NCBI RefSeq assembly: GCF_002854065.1
Contig: NZ_CP024147.1
DNA length: 64,000 bases
DNA from: Escherichia coli
GTDB lineage: Bacteria > Pseudomonadota > Gammaproteobacteria > Enterobacterales > Enterobacteriaceae
Strand: one strand, 5' to 3'
The notes beneath the pieces are model-generated. The model did not search any database and was not told where the DNA came from. It saw nothing but the letters and a program-made list of their open reading frames with translations. Below are positions 12,033 through 22,427 of this stretch, piece after piece. The position numbers and the translations under genes are program-made. Numbering within the stretch: position 1 is the stretch's first letter; the number at the start of each line of letters is the position of its first letter.

Positions 12033-12304
12033 TTTGCTTGATCCCTATGAAATAACCGTACCGTTCATGAGACAATTCTAACCGTGAGCATTTCGCCGGT
12101 TGATTGTTTACGGCGAGACGGGAATTTGCTCACTTTTTGACTTTCCGTTACGCAACAGAAAAAGTTAAAAACGAAAAGACTAAAATCACATGTCTTGTGA
12201 CCTGCTAAATTGATTCACATGCTAAATCTGATAAGTTTTAATTTCAATGGTAGGTTTATTTCTTAGCTTTCGCTAGTAAACTGATAATCAGACAAAATGG
12301 TGAC
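12033..12304. promoter_or_regulatory. Divergent bcsR / bcsE intergenic control region (AT-rich)
   Basis: 272-bp AT-rich gap between divergently oriented bcsR (minus) and bcsE (plus); no individual promoter elements were mapped. Confidence 0.4.
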
Positions 12305-13876
12305 ATGAGGGACATTGTGGACCCTGTATTCTCTATCGGTATCTCATCATTATGGGATGAGCTGCGACATATGCCAGCAGGCGGCGTCTGGTGGTTTAAC
12401 GTCGATCGCCATGAAGATGCTATCAGTCTGGCGAATCAAACAATTGCATCCCAGGCTGAAACCGCACACGTCGCGGTCATTAGCATGGACAGCGATCCGG
12501 CGAAAATCTTTCAATTAGATGATTCTCAAGGGCCGGAAAAAATAAAATTATTTTCAATGCTAAATCATGAAAAAGGTCTATACTATTTGGCCCGTGATTT
12601 GCAGTGTTCTATTGATCCCCATAATTACCTTTTTATTCTTGTTTGCGCAAATAACGCATGGCAAAACATTCCTGCCGAGCGGCTGCGCTCATGGTTGGAT
12701 AAAATGAATAAATGGAGCAGGTTAAACCATTGTTCGCTTTTGGTAATTAATCCCGGAAATAATAACGATATACAATTTTCATTGTTGCTTGAGGAATACC
12801 GTTCACTTTTTGGTCTTGCCAGTTTGCGTTTTCAGGGCGACCAACATTTGCTGGATATTGCCTTCTGGTGCAACGAAAAAGGGGTCAGCGCCCGTCAGCA
12901 GCTTAGCGTTCAGCAACAAAATGGTATCTGGACATTAGTTCAAAGCGAAGAGGCGGAGATCCAACCACGCAGCGACGAAAAACGCATTCTGAGTAATGTT
13001 GCTGTACTGGAAGGTGCGCCGCCGCTATCGGAACACTGGCAACTGTTCAACAATAACGAAGTCCTGTTCAATGAAGCCCGTACCGCTCAGGCGGCGACGG
13101 TGGTCTTTTCTTTACAGCAAAATGCGCAAATCGAGCCACTGGCCCGCAGCATTCATACTCTGCGTCGCCAGCGCGGTAGTGCGATGAAAATCCTCGTACG
13201 GGAAAATACCGCTAGCCTGCGCGCCACCGATGAACGTTTGTTATTGGCCTGCGGTGCAAATATGGTTATCCCGTGGAATGCGCCACTCTCCCGCTGTCTG
13301 ACGATGATCGAAAGCGTGCAAGGGCAGAAGTTTAGTCGCTATGTGCCGGAAGATATCACTACCTTGCTGTCAATGACCCAGCCGCTCAAACTGCGTGGTT
13401 TCCAGAAGTGGGATGTGTTCTGTAATGCCGTCAACAACATGATGAATAACCCTCTTTTGCCTGCCCACGGTAAAGGTGTTCTGGTTGCCCTACGTCCGGT
13501 ACCGGGTATCCGCGTTGAGCAAGCCCTGACGCTATGTCGCCCTAACCGTACCGGCGATATCATGACCATTGGCGGTAATCGGCTGGTGCTGTTTCTCTCA
13601 TTCTGTCGGATTAACGATCTGGATACCGCGTTGAATCATATTTTCCCATTGCCTACTGGCGACATTTTCTCAAACCGTATGGTCTGGTTTGAAGATGATC
13701 AAATCAGTGCCGAGCTGGTGCAGATGCGCCTGCTTGCCCCAGAACAATGGGGCATGCCGCTGCCTTTAACACAAAGTTCTAAACCGGTCATCAATGCCGA
13801 GCACGATGGTCGCCACTGGCGACGAATACCAGAACCCATGCGACTGTTAGATGATGCTGTGGAGCGCTCATCATGA
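12305..13876 (+). CDS. bcsE: Cellulose biosynthesis protein BcsE (c-di-GMP-binding GIL domain)
   Basis: 523-aa [30 protein letters not shown]...; position and length match BcsE (YhjS). Confidence 0.9.
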
Positions 13877-14064
13877 TGACCATCAGCGATATCATTGAAA
13901 TTATTGTCGTTTGCGCACTGATATTTTTCCCGCTGGGCTATCTGGCGCGGCACTCTTTGCGACGCATTCGCGACACCTTACGTTTGTTCTTTGCTAAACC
14001 TCGTTATGTTAAACCGGCTGGGACGTTACGCCGCACGGAAAAAGCCAGGGCAACCAAAAAATGA
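13873..14064 (+). CDS. bcsF: Small membrane protein BcsF
   Basis: 63-aa ORF with one hydrophobic helix ([18 protein letters not shown]); ATGA overlap with bcsE, and its stop overlaps the bcsG start. Confidence 0.85.
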
Positions 14065-15740
14065 CTCAATTTACGCAAAATACCGCCATGCCTTCTTCCC
14101 TCTGGCAATACTGGCGCGGCCTTTCCGGCTGGAACTTCTATTTTCTGGTTAAGTTCGGCCTGTTGTGGGCGGGATATCTTAACTTCCATCCGCTCCTCAA
14201 TTTGGTGTTTGCCGCGTTTCTGCTGATGCCCATTCCGCGCTACAGCCTGCATCGCTTGCGCCACTGGATTGCCCTGCCGATCGGCTTTGCTTTGTTCTGG
14301 CATGACACCTGGTTGCCTGGCCCGGAAAGCATAATGAGCCAGGGTTCGCAGGTGGCGGGGTTCAGTACCGATTATTTAATCGACCTTGTCACACGCTTTA
14401 TTAACTGGCAGATGATTGGGGCCATTTTTGTTTTATTAGTGGCCTGGTTATTCTTGTCACAATGGATTCGCATTACCGTTTTTGTGGTTGCCATACTGCT
14501 ATGGCTGAACGTACTTACCCTGGCGGGACCAAGTTTCTCCTTGTGGCCAGCCGGTCAACCGACGACCACTGTAACAACGACGGGTGGTAACGCAGCGGCA
14601 ACCGTTGCGGCGACGGGTGGCGCACCGGTAGTGGGTGATATGCCCGCACAAACTGCACCGCCAACAACGGCGAACCTTAACGCCTGGCTGAATAATTTCT
14701 ATAACGCGGAGGCGAAACGTAAATCGATCTTCCCGTCTTCGCTGCCCGCTGATGCTCAGCCATTTGAACTACTGGTGATTAATATCTGTTCGCTTTCCTG
14801 GTCGGATATAGAAGCCGCCGGGTTGATGTCGCATCCGCTGTGGTCGCATTTCGATATTGAGTTCAAGAACTTTAACTCCGCCACCTCCTACAGTGGCCCG
14901 GCAGCGATCCGTTTACTGCGCGCCAGCTGCGGGCAGACTTCGCACACTAATCTGTATCAACCGGCAAATAACGACTGCTATCTGTTTGATAACCTGTCGA
15001 AACTGGGCTTTACCCAGCACCTGATGATGGGATATAACGGCCAGTTCGGCGGTTTTTTGAAAGAAGTTCGCGAAAATGGCGGCATGCAGACTGAATTGAT
15101 GGATCAAACAAATCTGCCGGTTATTTTGCTGGGCTTTGATGGTTCGCCGGTTTATGACGATACCGCCGTGCTTAACCGCTGGCTGGACGTTACCGAAAAA
15201 GATAAAAACAGCCGTAGTGCCACGTTCTACAACACGCTTCCACTGCATGACGGCAACCATTATCCGGGCGTCAGCAAAACAGCGGATTACAAAGCGCGGG
15301 CGCAGAAATTCTTTGATGAACTGGACGCCTTCTTTACTGAACTGGAGAAATCGGGTCGTAAAGTGATGGTGGTCGTGGTGCCGGAACACGGCGGCGCGCT
15401 GAAGGGCGACAGAATGCAGGTATCTGGCCTACGTGATATCCCTAGCCCGTCTATCACCGACGTCCCCGTTGGGGTGAAATTCTTCGGCATGAAGGCACCA
15501 CATCAGGGGGCACCGATTGTCATCGACCAACCGAGCAGCTTCCTGGCTATCTCCGATCTGGTGGTTCGCGTTCTTGATGGCAAGATTTTCACCGAAGATA
15601 ATGTTGACTGGAAAAAACTCACCAGTGGGTTGCCACAAACAGCACCGGTCTCCGAGAACTCAAATGCAGTAGTTATTCAATACCAGGATAAACCGTACGT
15701 TCGCCTGAACGGCGGCGACTGGGTGCCTTACCCGCAGTAA
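14061..15740 (+). CDS. bcsG: Cellulose phosphoethanolamine transferase BcsG
   Basis: 559-aa ORF with N-terminal membrane helices and a C-terminal alkaline-phosphatase-like domain; ends 2 bp before the first ldr repeat unit. Confidence 0.9.
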
Positions 15741-15744
15741 GCAC

Positions 15745-15776
15745 GAAAAAGGCCGCAGAGTTTCACCCCTGCGGCC
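15745..15776 (-). terminator. Rho-independent terminator hairpin of ldr copy 1; also abuts the bcsG 3' end
   Basis: Palindrome ggccgcag-N10-ctgcggcc at 15751-15776, with an A-run on the plus strand (a U-run on the minus-strand transcript). Confidence 0.6.
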
Positions 15777-15826
15777 TGGTCCGGGCGCAAATTGCCATTA
15801 CGGCAGCCTGACGCCCGCATGACACG

Positions 15827-15934
15827 TTACTTCCGCTTGTTCAGCCAGTTCACGATCATACTGGCAAGAATGCCAGCAATGACCGGAGTCGCTAAATCAT
15901 GCCAGAAGGCCATGCCCAGTTCTGCGAGCGTCAT
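15827..15934 (-). CDS. ldrD: Ldr-family type I toxin peptide (35 aa), copy 1
   Basis: MTLAELGMAFWHDLATPVIAGILASMIVNWLNKRK; the 80-aa track ORF 15827..16069 is an upstream extension of this 35-aa peptide. Confidence 0.8.
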   Translation of the reverse strand: MTLAELGMAFWHDLATPVIAGILASMIVNWLNKRK

Positions 15935-15984
15935 ATAGCCGCCTGTGTTGTAATGACAACGTTTCGCGGCTATTCTTGAATGGT

Positions 15985-16050
15985 CTAGGTTCAAGATTAG
16001 CCCCCGTGGTGTTGTCAGGTGCATACCTGCAACGTGCGGGGGTTTTCTCT
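15985..16050 (+). ncRNA. rdlD: Rdl-type antisense RNA partner of ldr copy 1 (coordinates approximate)
   Basis: Placed from the recalled LDR architecture (about 66 nt, antisense to the ldr 5' leader, starting about 50 nt beyond the ldr start codon); no ends were mapped from the sequence. Confidence 0.3.
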
Positions 16051-16309
16051 CTCCAGCAACCAATGCCACCAGGGATTAAGCCCCCGCAACATTGCGCATC
16101 ACCGGAATCCTTCCGGCTTATCGCTGATTCTACGACTGTTTTTCTGTTCCGGAATCCGTCACGTCTTCACTCTGTGCTGCGCATTCCGCAGAATATTATC
16201 CGCTTGCAATCGTTGCATTTTTCTTACGAAAAAGGCCGCAGAGTTTCACCCCTGCGGCCTGGTCCGGGCGCAAATTGCCATTACGGCAGCCTGACGCCCG
16301 CATGACACG

Positions 16310-16417
16310 TTACTTCCGCTTGTTCAGCCAGTTCACGATCATACTGGCAAGAATGCCAGCAATGACCGGAGCCGCTAAATCATGCCAGAAGGCCATGCCC
16401 AGTTCTGCGAGCGTCAT
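16310..16417 (-). CDS. Ldr-family type I toxin peptide (35 aa), copy 2
   Basis: MTLAELGMAFWHDLAAPVIAGILASMIVNWLNKRK; differs from copy 1 by one residue (A16 versus T16). Confidence 0.8.
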   Translation of the reverse strand: MTLAELGMAFWHDLAAPVIAGILASMIVNWLNKRK

Positions 16418-16467
16418 ATAGCCGCCTGTGTTGTAATGACAACGTTTCGCGGCTATTCTTGAATGGT

Positions 16468-16533
16468 CTAGGTTCAAGATTAGCCCCCGTGGTGTTGTCA
16501 GGTGCATACCTGCAACGTGCGGGGGTTTTCTCT
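16468..16533 (+). ncRNA. Rdl-type antisense RNA partner of ldr copy 2 (coordinates approximate)
   Basis: Same reasoning as for copy 1, shifted by the 483-bp repeat period. Confidence 0.3.
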
Positions 16534-16892
16534 CTCCAGCAACCAATGCCACCAGGGATTAAGCCCCCGCAACATTGCGCCTCACCGGAACCCTTCCGGC
16601 TTGCCGCTAATTTTACGATTGCTTTTTACTGTCAGCACTCGGCAATCTTCCTCATTGCGTGATGCCTTCCAGCTTAATTTCTTAATTTGCAATAGTTGCA
16701 GTTCATATCCGGGCTGACTCCAGACTGGTAGTGAAATGCGCAATTTTGTAGAATTGCGCCTCCTCGCGACCTCCCCAGTGAATCTGTTGCCTCATTTTTT
16801 ACATACTGCGTATTCGACTTCTCCACCTGTTGCGCAAGAGAAACTGGGTTTATTCATTTTTGCGAGGCCGACTTCTTTCTGGACAGGACTTT

Positions 16893-18164
16893 ATGCAGCA
16901 CAACACACTACCGAAACACGATCAGAAATTGCCGTTTACACGCTACGACTTCGGCTGGGTTTTATTATGCATAGGCATGGCGATTGGTGCCGGAACCGTA
17001 CTGATGCCAGTACAAATTGGCTTGAAGGGAATTTGGGTATTTATTACCGCAGCGATCATTGCTTATCCTGCCACCTGGGTAGTGCAGGACATTTATTTAA
17101 AAACCCTTTCTGAAAGCGATTCCTGTAATGACTACACCGATATTATCAGTCATTACCTGGGGAAGAACTGGGGAATTTTCCTCGGGGTTATCTACTTTTT
17201 GATGATTATCCACGGGATTTTTATCTACTCTCTCTCCGTGGTTTTCGACAGCGCCTCGTACCTGAAAACCTTCGGTTTAACCGATGCCGATCTTTCACAA
17301 TCTCTACTTTATAAAGTCGCTATTTTCGCCGTACTGGTAGCGATTGCGTCTGGTGGTGAACGATTACTGTTTAAGATTTCTGGGCCAATGGTGGTGGTCA
17401 AAGTAGGGATTATTGTCGTGTTCGGTTTTGCGATGATCCCGCACTGGAATTTCGCCAATATAACCGCCTTCCCGCAAGCCTCCGTCTTTTTCCGCGATGT
17501 CCTGCTTACCATTCCATTTTGCTTCTTTTCTGCAGTATTTATTCAGGTACTTAACCCAATGAATATTGCCTATCGTAAACGGGAAGCGGATAAAGTACTG
17601 GCAACCCGGCTCGCGCTGCGTACCCACCGAATTAGTTATATCACGCTCATCGCGGTGATACTGTTTTTTGCCTTTTCGTTTACCTTCTCAATTAGCCACG
17701 AAGAAGCCGTTTCTGCCTTTGAACAAAATATCTCGGCACTGGCACTGGCCGCGCAGGTGATCCCTGGGCATATCATTCATATCACCTCTACGGTGCTGAA
17801 TATCTTTGCCGTACTGACCGCATTCTTTGGCATTTATCTCGGTTTCCACGAGGCCATTAAAGGCATTATTCTCAATCTGTTAAGCCGAATTATTGATACC
17901 AAGAAAATTAACTCACGCATGCTGACTCTGGCGATCTGCGCTTTTATCGTCATTACGTTGACGATTTGGGTTTCGTTTCGTGTATCGGTGCTGGTGTTCT
18001 TTCAGTTGGGAAGCCCATTATATGGCATTGTGTCGTGCCTCATTCCGTTTTTCCTGATCTATAAAGTCGCACAACTGGAAAAACTTCGCGGATTTAAAGC
18101 CTGGCTGATTCTGCTTTACGGCATTTTGCTATGCTTGTCGCCACTGTTGAAGCTGATTGAGTAA
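16893..18164 (+). CDS. yhjV: Inner-membrane transporter YhjV (HAAAP family, hydroxy/aromatic amino acid permease-like)
   Basis: ORF 16830..18164; start trimmed to [25 protein letters not shown] (423 aa) with GGA-rich RBS upstream; polytopic membrane protein. Confidence 0.85.
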   Translation: MQHNTLPKHDQKLPFTRYDFGWVLLCIGMAIGAGTVLMPVQIGLKGIWVFITAAIIAYPATWVVQDIYLKTLSESDSCNDYTDIISHYLGKNWGIFLGVIYFLMIIHGIFIYSLSVVFDSASYLKTFGLTDADLSQSLLYKVAIFAVLVAIASGGERLLFKISGPMVVVKVGIIVVFGFAMIPHWNFANITAFPQASVFFRDVLLTIPFCFFSAVFIQVLNPMNIAYRKREADKVLATRLALRTHRISYITLIAVILFFAFSFTFSISHEEAVSAFEQNISALALAAQVIPGHIIHITSTVLNIFAVLTAFFGIYLGFHEAIKGIILNLLSRIIDTKKINSRMLTLAICAFIVITLTIWVSFRVSVLVFFQLGSPLYGIVSCLIPFFLIYKVAQLEKLRGFKAWLILLYGILLCLSPLLKLIE

Positions 18165-18193
18165 ACCGGAGCGCATGGCCCCGGTTTTGTGAG

Positions 18194-19198
18194 TTAACGC
18201 TGCGGATTTTCATCCTGATCAACAGCAAAACAAGCTACCAGTTGACCGCCGTAGTCTTTTAGCTGCGGCTGCAACTGGGTGCAGGGGCCGAAGCGCCGAC
18301 GACAGCGGGCGTTAAACGCGCAGCCCGGCGGTGGATTCAGCGGGCTTGGCAGTTCACCGGTGAGTTTGATGCGCTCGCGGCGATCGTCCGGGTTCAGGCG
18401 TGGTGTAGCGGAAAGTAGCGCCTGAGTGTACGGATGACGCGGGTTATTGAAGATTTGGTCTTTCGTTCCCTTCTCCACGCAGCGGCCCAGGTACATCACC
18501 ATCACTTCATCAGCAATGTGCTCCACCACCGACAGGTCGTGGGAGATGAAGACATAAGAAAGCCCCAGTTCCTGCTGCAAATCCATCATCAGGTTGAGCA
18601 CCTGTGCACGCACCGAGACGTCCAGCGCGGAGACCGGTTCATCGGCAATCACCACGTCCGGGTCGAGCATCAGACCACGGGCAATAGCGATACGCTGACG
18701 TTGTCCGCCGGAGAACATATGCGGATAGCGGTCATAGTGCTCGGTTTTCAGGCCGACTTTCGCCATCATCGACAGGGCTTTTTCCCGACGCTGTTCTTTG
18801 CTTAAACTGGTGTTGATCAGCAGCGGCTCTTCAAGAATTTGCCCGACTTTTTTACGCGGATTCAGCGAACCGTAAGGGTTCTGGAAGACAATCTGGATTT
18901 TCTGCCGACGCAGCTTCTGCGCCTGCGGATCGTGCTTAAGCAGATCCTGCCCCTGGTAATACAGCTCGCCGCCGGTGGGCGTTTCAATCATCGTCAGCAA
19001 CCGACCGAGGGTCGATTTACCGCAGCCAGATTCACCTACTACCGCCAGCGTTTTGCCACGTTCAAGGTTAAACGAAACGCCGTCCAGCGCCTTCACCAGA
19101 CGTTCCGGAGCGAACATACCTTTCTTCACCGGATAATGTTTTTTCAGGTCGATAGCCTGCAACAGCGGTTGTTGCGAGGTGGCCTCTTGCGTACTCAT
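18194..19198 (-). CDS. dppF: Dipeptide ABC transporter ATP-binding protein DppF
   Basis: 334-aa ORF with Walker [10 protein letters not shown] and ABC signature LSGGQRQR. Confidence 0.95.
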
Positions 19199-20178
19199 AG
19201 TGTCGGCCTCCCGGCATCATCAAGTGGGTAATGGCATTTGGACTGACGCCCGTCAGCGAGCATATTCAGCGCCGGTTCTTCAGCGCGACATCTGTCAGTG
19301 GCATAGGGGCAGCGCGGGTTAAGCAGGCAGCCGTTCGGGCGGTCGTACTTGCCGGGAACAACGCCAGGCAACGATGCCAGACGTTCTTTGTCCTGAGCAA
19401 ATTCCGGCAGCGCACGCAGCAATGCCTGAGTATACGGGTGACGCGGCGCATGGAAGATGGCGTGCGCATCGCCCGTTTCCACCACCTGACCGGCATACAT
19501 CACGATGATTTTATGTGCCGCTTCCGCCACCAGCGCCAGGTCATGGGTAATTAACACCAGCGCCATGTTCTCTTTCTGCTGTAGCTCCAGCAGTAGTTCA
19601 ATGATTTGCGCCTGAATGGTCACGTCCAGCGCAGTGGTTGGTTCATCGGCAATCAGCAGTTTTGGCCGACAGGCAATCGCCATGGCGATCATCACGCGCT
19701 GGCTCATGCCGCCGGAAAGCTGATGCGGGTAAACATCCAGACGCGATGCCGGATCGGGAATACCGACCTGATTCAGCAGGTCAATCGCCCGCTGACGGCG
19801 AGTACTCTTATTACCGCCCTGATGCACCTTAATCGCTTCCATAATCTGGAAACCCACGGTGTAGCACGGGTTAAGGCTGGTCATCGGGTCCTGGAAGATC
19901 ATCGCCACTTCGGCACCCACCAGGTTGCGGCGCTCTTTTTCCGAGATACGCTGCAAATCCTGACCGTTAAACTCCAGCTTTTCCGCCATCACGCGGCCCG
20001 GATAATCAATCAGCCCCATAATCGCCAGCGAACTGACCGACTTACCGGAGCCAGACTCACCCACAATCCCGACTACTTCGCCCTGTTTTACGCTGTAGCT
20101 GATGCGGTCTACGGCGCGGAACGGTGCGCTTTCGTCGCCGAAATGCACCGATAATTTATCTACATTTAATAACGCCAT
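19195..20178 (-). CDS. dppD: Dipeptide ABC transporter ATP-binding protein DppD
   Basis: 327-aa ORF with Walker [10 protein letters not shown] and signature LSGGMSQR; 4-bp overlap with dppF. Confidence 0.95.
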
Positions 20179-20188
20179 CTCGAACCTC

Positions 20189-21091
20189 TTACTGCTTCAG
20201 TTTGGGATCGAGCGCGTCACGCAGACCGTCACCCATCAGGTTAAATGCCAGCACCGTCAGCAGGATCGCCAGACCCGGGAAGGTCACGACCCACCAGGCG
20301 CTTTGCGCGAACTGCAACACGTCGGAGAGCATGGTGCCCCACTCCGGCGTTGGCGGCTGCGCCCCCATGCCGAGGAAACCAAGAGCAGCCATATCGAGAA
20401 TGGCGTTAGAGAAACCGAGCGACGCCTGAACAATCAGCGGCGCAAGGCAGTTCGGGAAGATGTTAATAAACATCTGGCGCATCGCCCCGGCACCTGCCAC
20501 GCGAGAAGCTGTAACGTAATCGCGATTCACCTCCACCAGCACGGCGGCGCGGGTTAAGCGCACATAGTGCGGCAAGGCAACGAAGGTTAGCGCCAGCGCG
20601 GCGTTACCAATCGACGGGCCGAAAATCGCCACCAGCACCAGTGCCAACAGCAGACTTGGCAGCGCCAGCATGATATCGACCACGCGCATGATGATGTTAT
20701 CGACCAGGCCGCCGAAGTAACCGGCGATCAGGCCGAGAATAACGCCCATAATCAGCGATAACACCACCACCAGACAGCCAACCAGCAGCGACAAGCGCGC
20801 GCCGTACATCAGCCGCGACAGCACATCACGGCCTACGTCATCGGTGCCCAGCAAGTGCGCCATGCTGCCGCCTTCCTGCCAGGCTGGCGGGGCGAGCAGT
20901 GCATCGCGGAACTGTTCAGCCGGGTTATAGGGCGCAATCCAGTTGGCAAAGATCGCGATAAACAGCACGATGACGACGTAAACCAGCCCGACGACCGCGC
21001 CTTTGTTGCGTTTAAAATAGTGCCAGAACTCCTGTAACGGGGTCATCGGCACCGGTGCGCTAATCACTTTATTTTCAGTAACCTGTGACAT
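20189..21091 (-). CDS. dppC: Dipeptide ABC transporter permease DppC
   Basis: 300-aa polytopic membrane ORF between dppB and dppD. Confidence 0.95.
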
Positions 21092-21100
21092 GATGTCCCC

Positions 21101-22120
21101 TTACTTCTTATGACGAATACGCGGGTTCACCACGCCGTACAGCAGATCGACCAGCAGGTTGACGAGGATAATCATCGTCGCCACCAGCAATACGCCGCCC
21201 TGCACTACCGGATAGTCGCGGCGTTGCAGTGCGTCAATCAACCAGCGCCCCAGACCGGGCCACGAGAAGATGGTTTCGGTCAGAATCGCCCCCGCCAGCA
21301 ATGTTCCCACCTGGAGGCCGATAACGGTCACTACCGGCAGCATCGCGTTACGCAGCGCATGGACGATAATCACCCGCATGCGGGTCAACCCTTTGGCGCG
21401 CGCGGTGCGGATGTAATCTTCACCCAGCACTTCCAGCATCGAGGAGCGCGTCATACGCACAATGACCGCCAGCGGGATGGTACCCAGCACAATGGCGGGC
21501 AAGATCATATGGGCGACGGCATCGATAAAGTTGCCGTCTTCACCCCAGATGGCGGTGTCGATCAGCATAAAACCGGTTAACGGATTGGAGTCATCGAGGA
21601 ACACCATATCGCTCACGCGACCGGAGACGGGCGTCAGGTTCCAGTGCACCGAAACCAGCATGATCAGCATCATGCCCCACCAGAAGATCGGCATCGAGTA
21701 GCCGGTCAGTGCCAGGCCAACCGCAGTGTGATCGAAAATGGAACCGCGTTTAACCGCAGCCAGCACACCAACCGGAATACCGACTGCCGTAGCAAAAATC
21801 ATCGCGCAGACACCAAGTTCCAGCGTGGCCTGGAAGCGCGGCACGAACTCTTCCCAAACCGGGATGCGGCTTTTCATTGAAATACCTAGATCGCCATGCA
21901 TAACGCCCCAAATGTAATGGAGATACTGCTGCCACATCGGTTTATCTAAGCCGAGTTCAGCCAGCAGCTGCGCGTGACGCTCTGGGGAGATCCCACGTTC
22001 GCCCGCCATGATCATCACCGGATCGCCCGGGATCATGTGGACAAAGGCAAATGTGAGAAGGGTAATACCGATAAACGTGGGGATGACGAGTCCCAAACGT
22101 CGGAGAATAAACTGCAACAT
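21101..22120 (-). CDS. dppB: Dipeptide ABC transporter permease DppB
   Basis: 339-aa polytopic membrane ORF MLQFILRRLGLVIPTFIGITLLTF.... Confidence 0.95.
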   Translation of the reverse strand: MLQFILRRLGLVIPTFIGITLLTFAFVHMIPGDPVMIMAGERGISPERHAQLLAELGLDKPMWQQYLHYIWGVMHGDLGISMKSRIPVWEEFVPRFQATLELGVCAMIFATAVGIPVGVLAAVKRGSIFDHTAVGLALTGYSMPIFWWGMMLIMLVSVHWNLTPVSGRVSDMVFLDDSNPLTGFMLIDTAIWGEDGNFIDAVAHMILPAIVLGTIPLAVIVRMTRSSMLEVLGEDYIRTARAKGLTRMRVIIVHALRNAMLPVVTVIGLQVGTLLAGAILTETIFSWPGLGRWLIDALQRRDYPVVQGGVLLVATMIILVNLLVDLLYGVVNPRIRHKK

Positions 22121-22292
22121 AACCCGGATTCTCTATAGTGACCCGCAGCCTGGAACTGCGTGTCTGTATTGCTCACAAATCAATTCCCGCCCTTATCGGA
22201 CAGGGAATGAAGTATTGCTGCCGGATGGCGCTGCACGCAGAGGCACAGCACCACCGGGTATGCAGATTGTTGACAAAGAGCGCTTTGTTTAT

Positions 22293-22391
22293 GCCGGATG
22301 CGGCGTTAACGCCTTATCCGGCCTACAAAATCGTGCAAACTCAATACATTGCAGAATTTTCGTAGGCCTGATAAGCGGAGCGCATCAGGCA
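22293..22391. repeat. Pair of inverted REP elements (BIME-like) in the dppA-dppB intergenic region
   Basis: gccggatgcggcgttaacgccttatccggcctac at 22293-22326 and its inverted partner gtaggcctgataagcggagcgcatcaggc at 22362-22391. Confidence 0.6.
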
Positions 22392-22427
22392 GTTTTGCCT
22401 TTGCCATCAGTCTTGTATGGCTTTTAA

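Larger units (their letters stand above)
15743..16629. repeat. Tandem duplication of an LDR (ldr/rdl type I toxin-antitoxin) unit, period 483 bp, about 400 bp of near-identity per copy
   Basis: The string acgaaaaaggccgcagagtttcacccctgcggcc... at 15743 recurs at 16226; the copies stay near-identical through the ldr ORF and its upstream region and diverge after roughly 16146 / 16629. Confidence 0.8.

Noticed and set aside
14913-15389. 158-aa minus-strand ORF inside bcsG
   Set aside because: Antisense to bcsG; His/Arg-rich composition with no motif.
15827-16069. 80-aa ORFs (15827..16069 and 16310..16552) covering the ldr peptides
   Set aside because: Only the last 35 codons match the Ldr toxin; the 45-codon upstream extension is an ORF-caller artefact of an open leader frame. 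Annotated as the 35-aa peptides instead.
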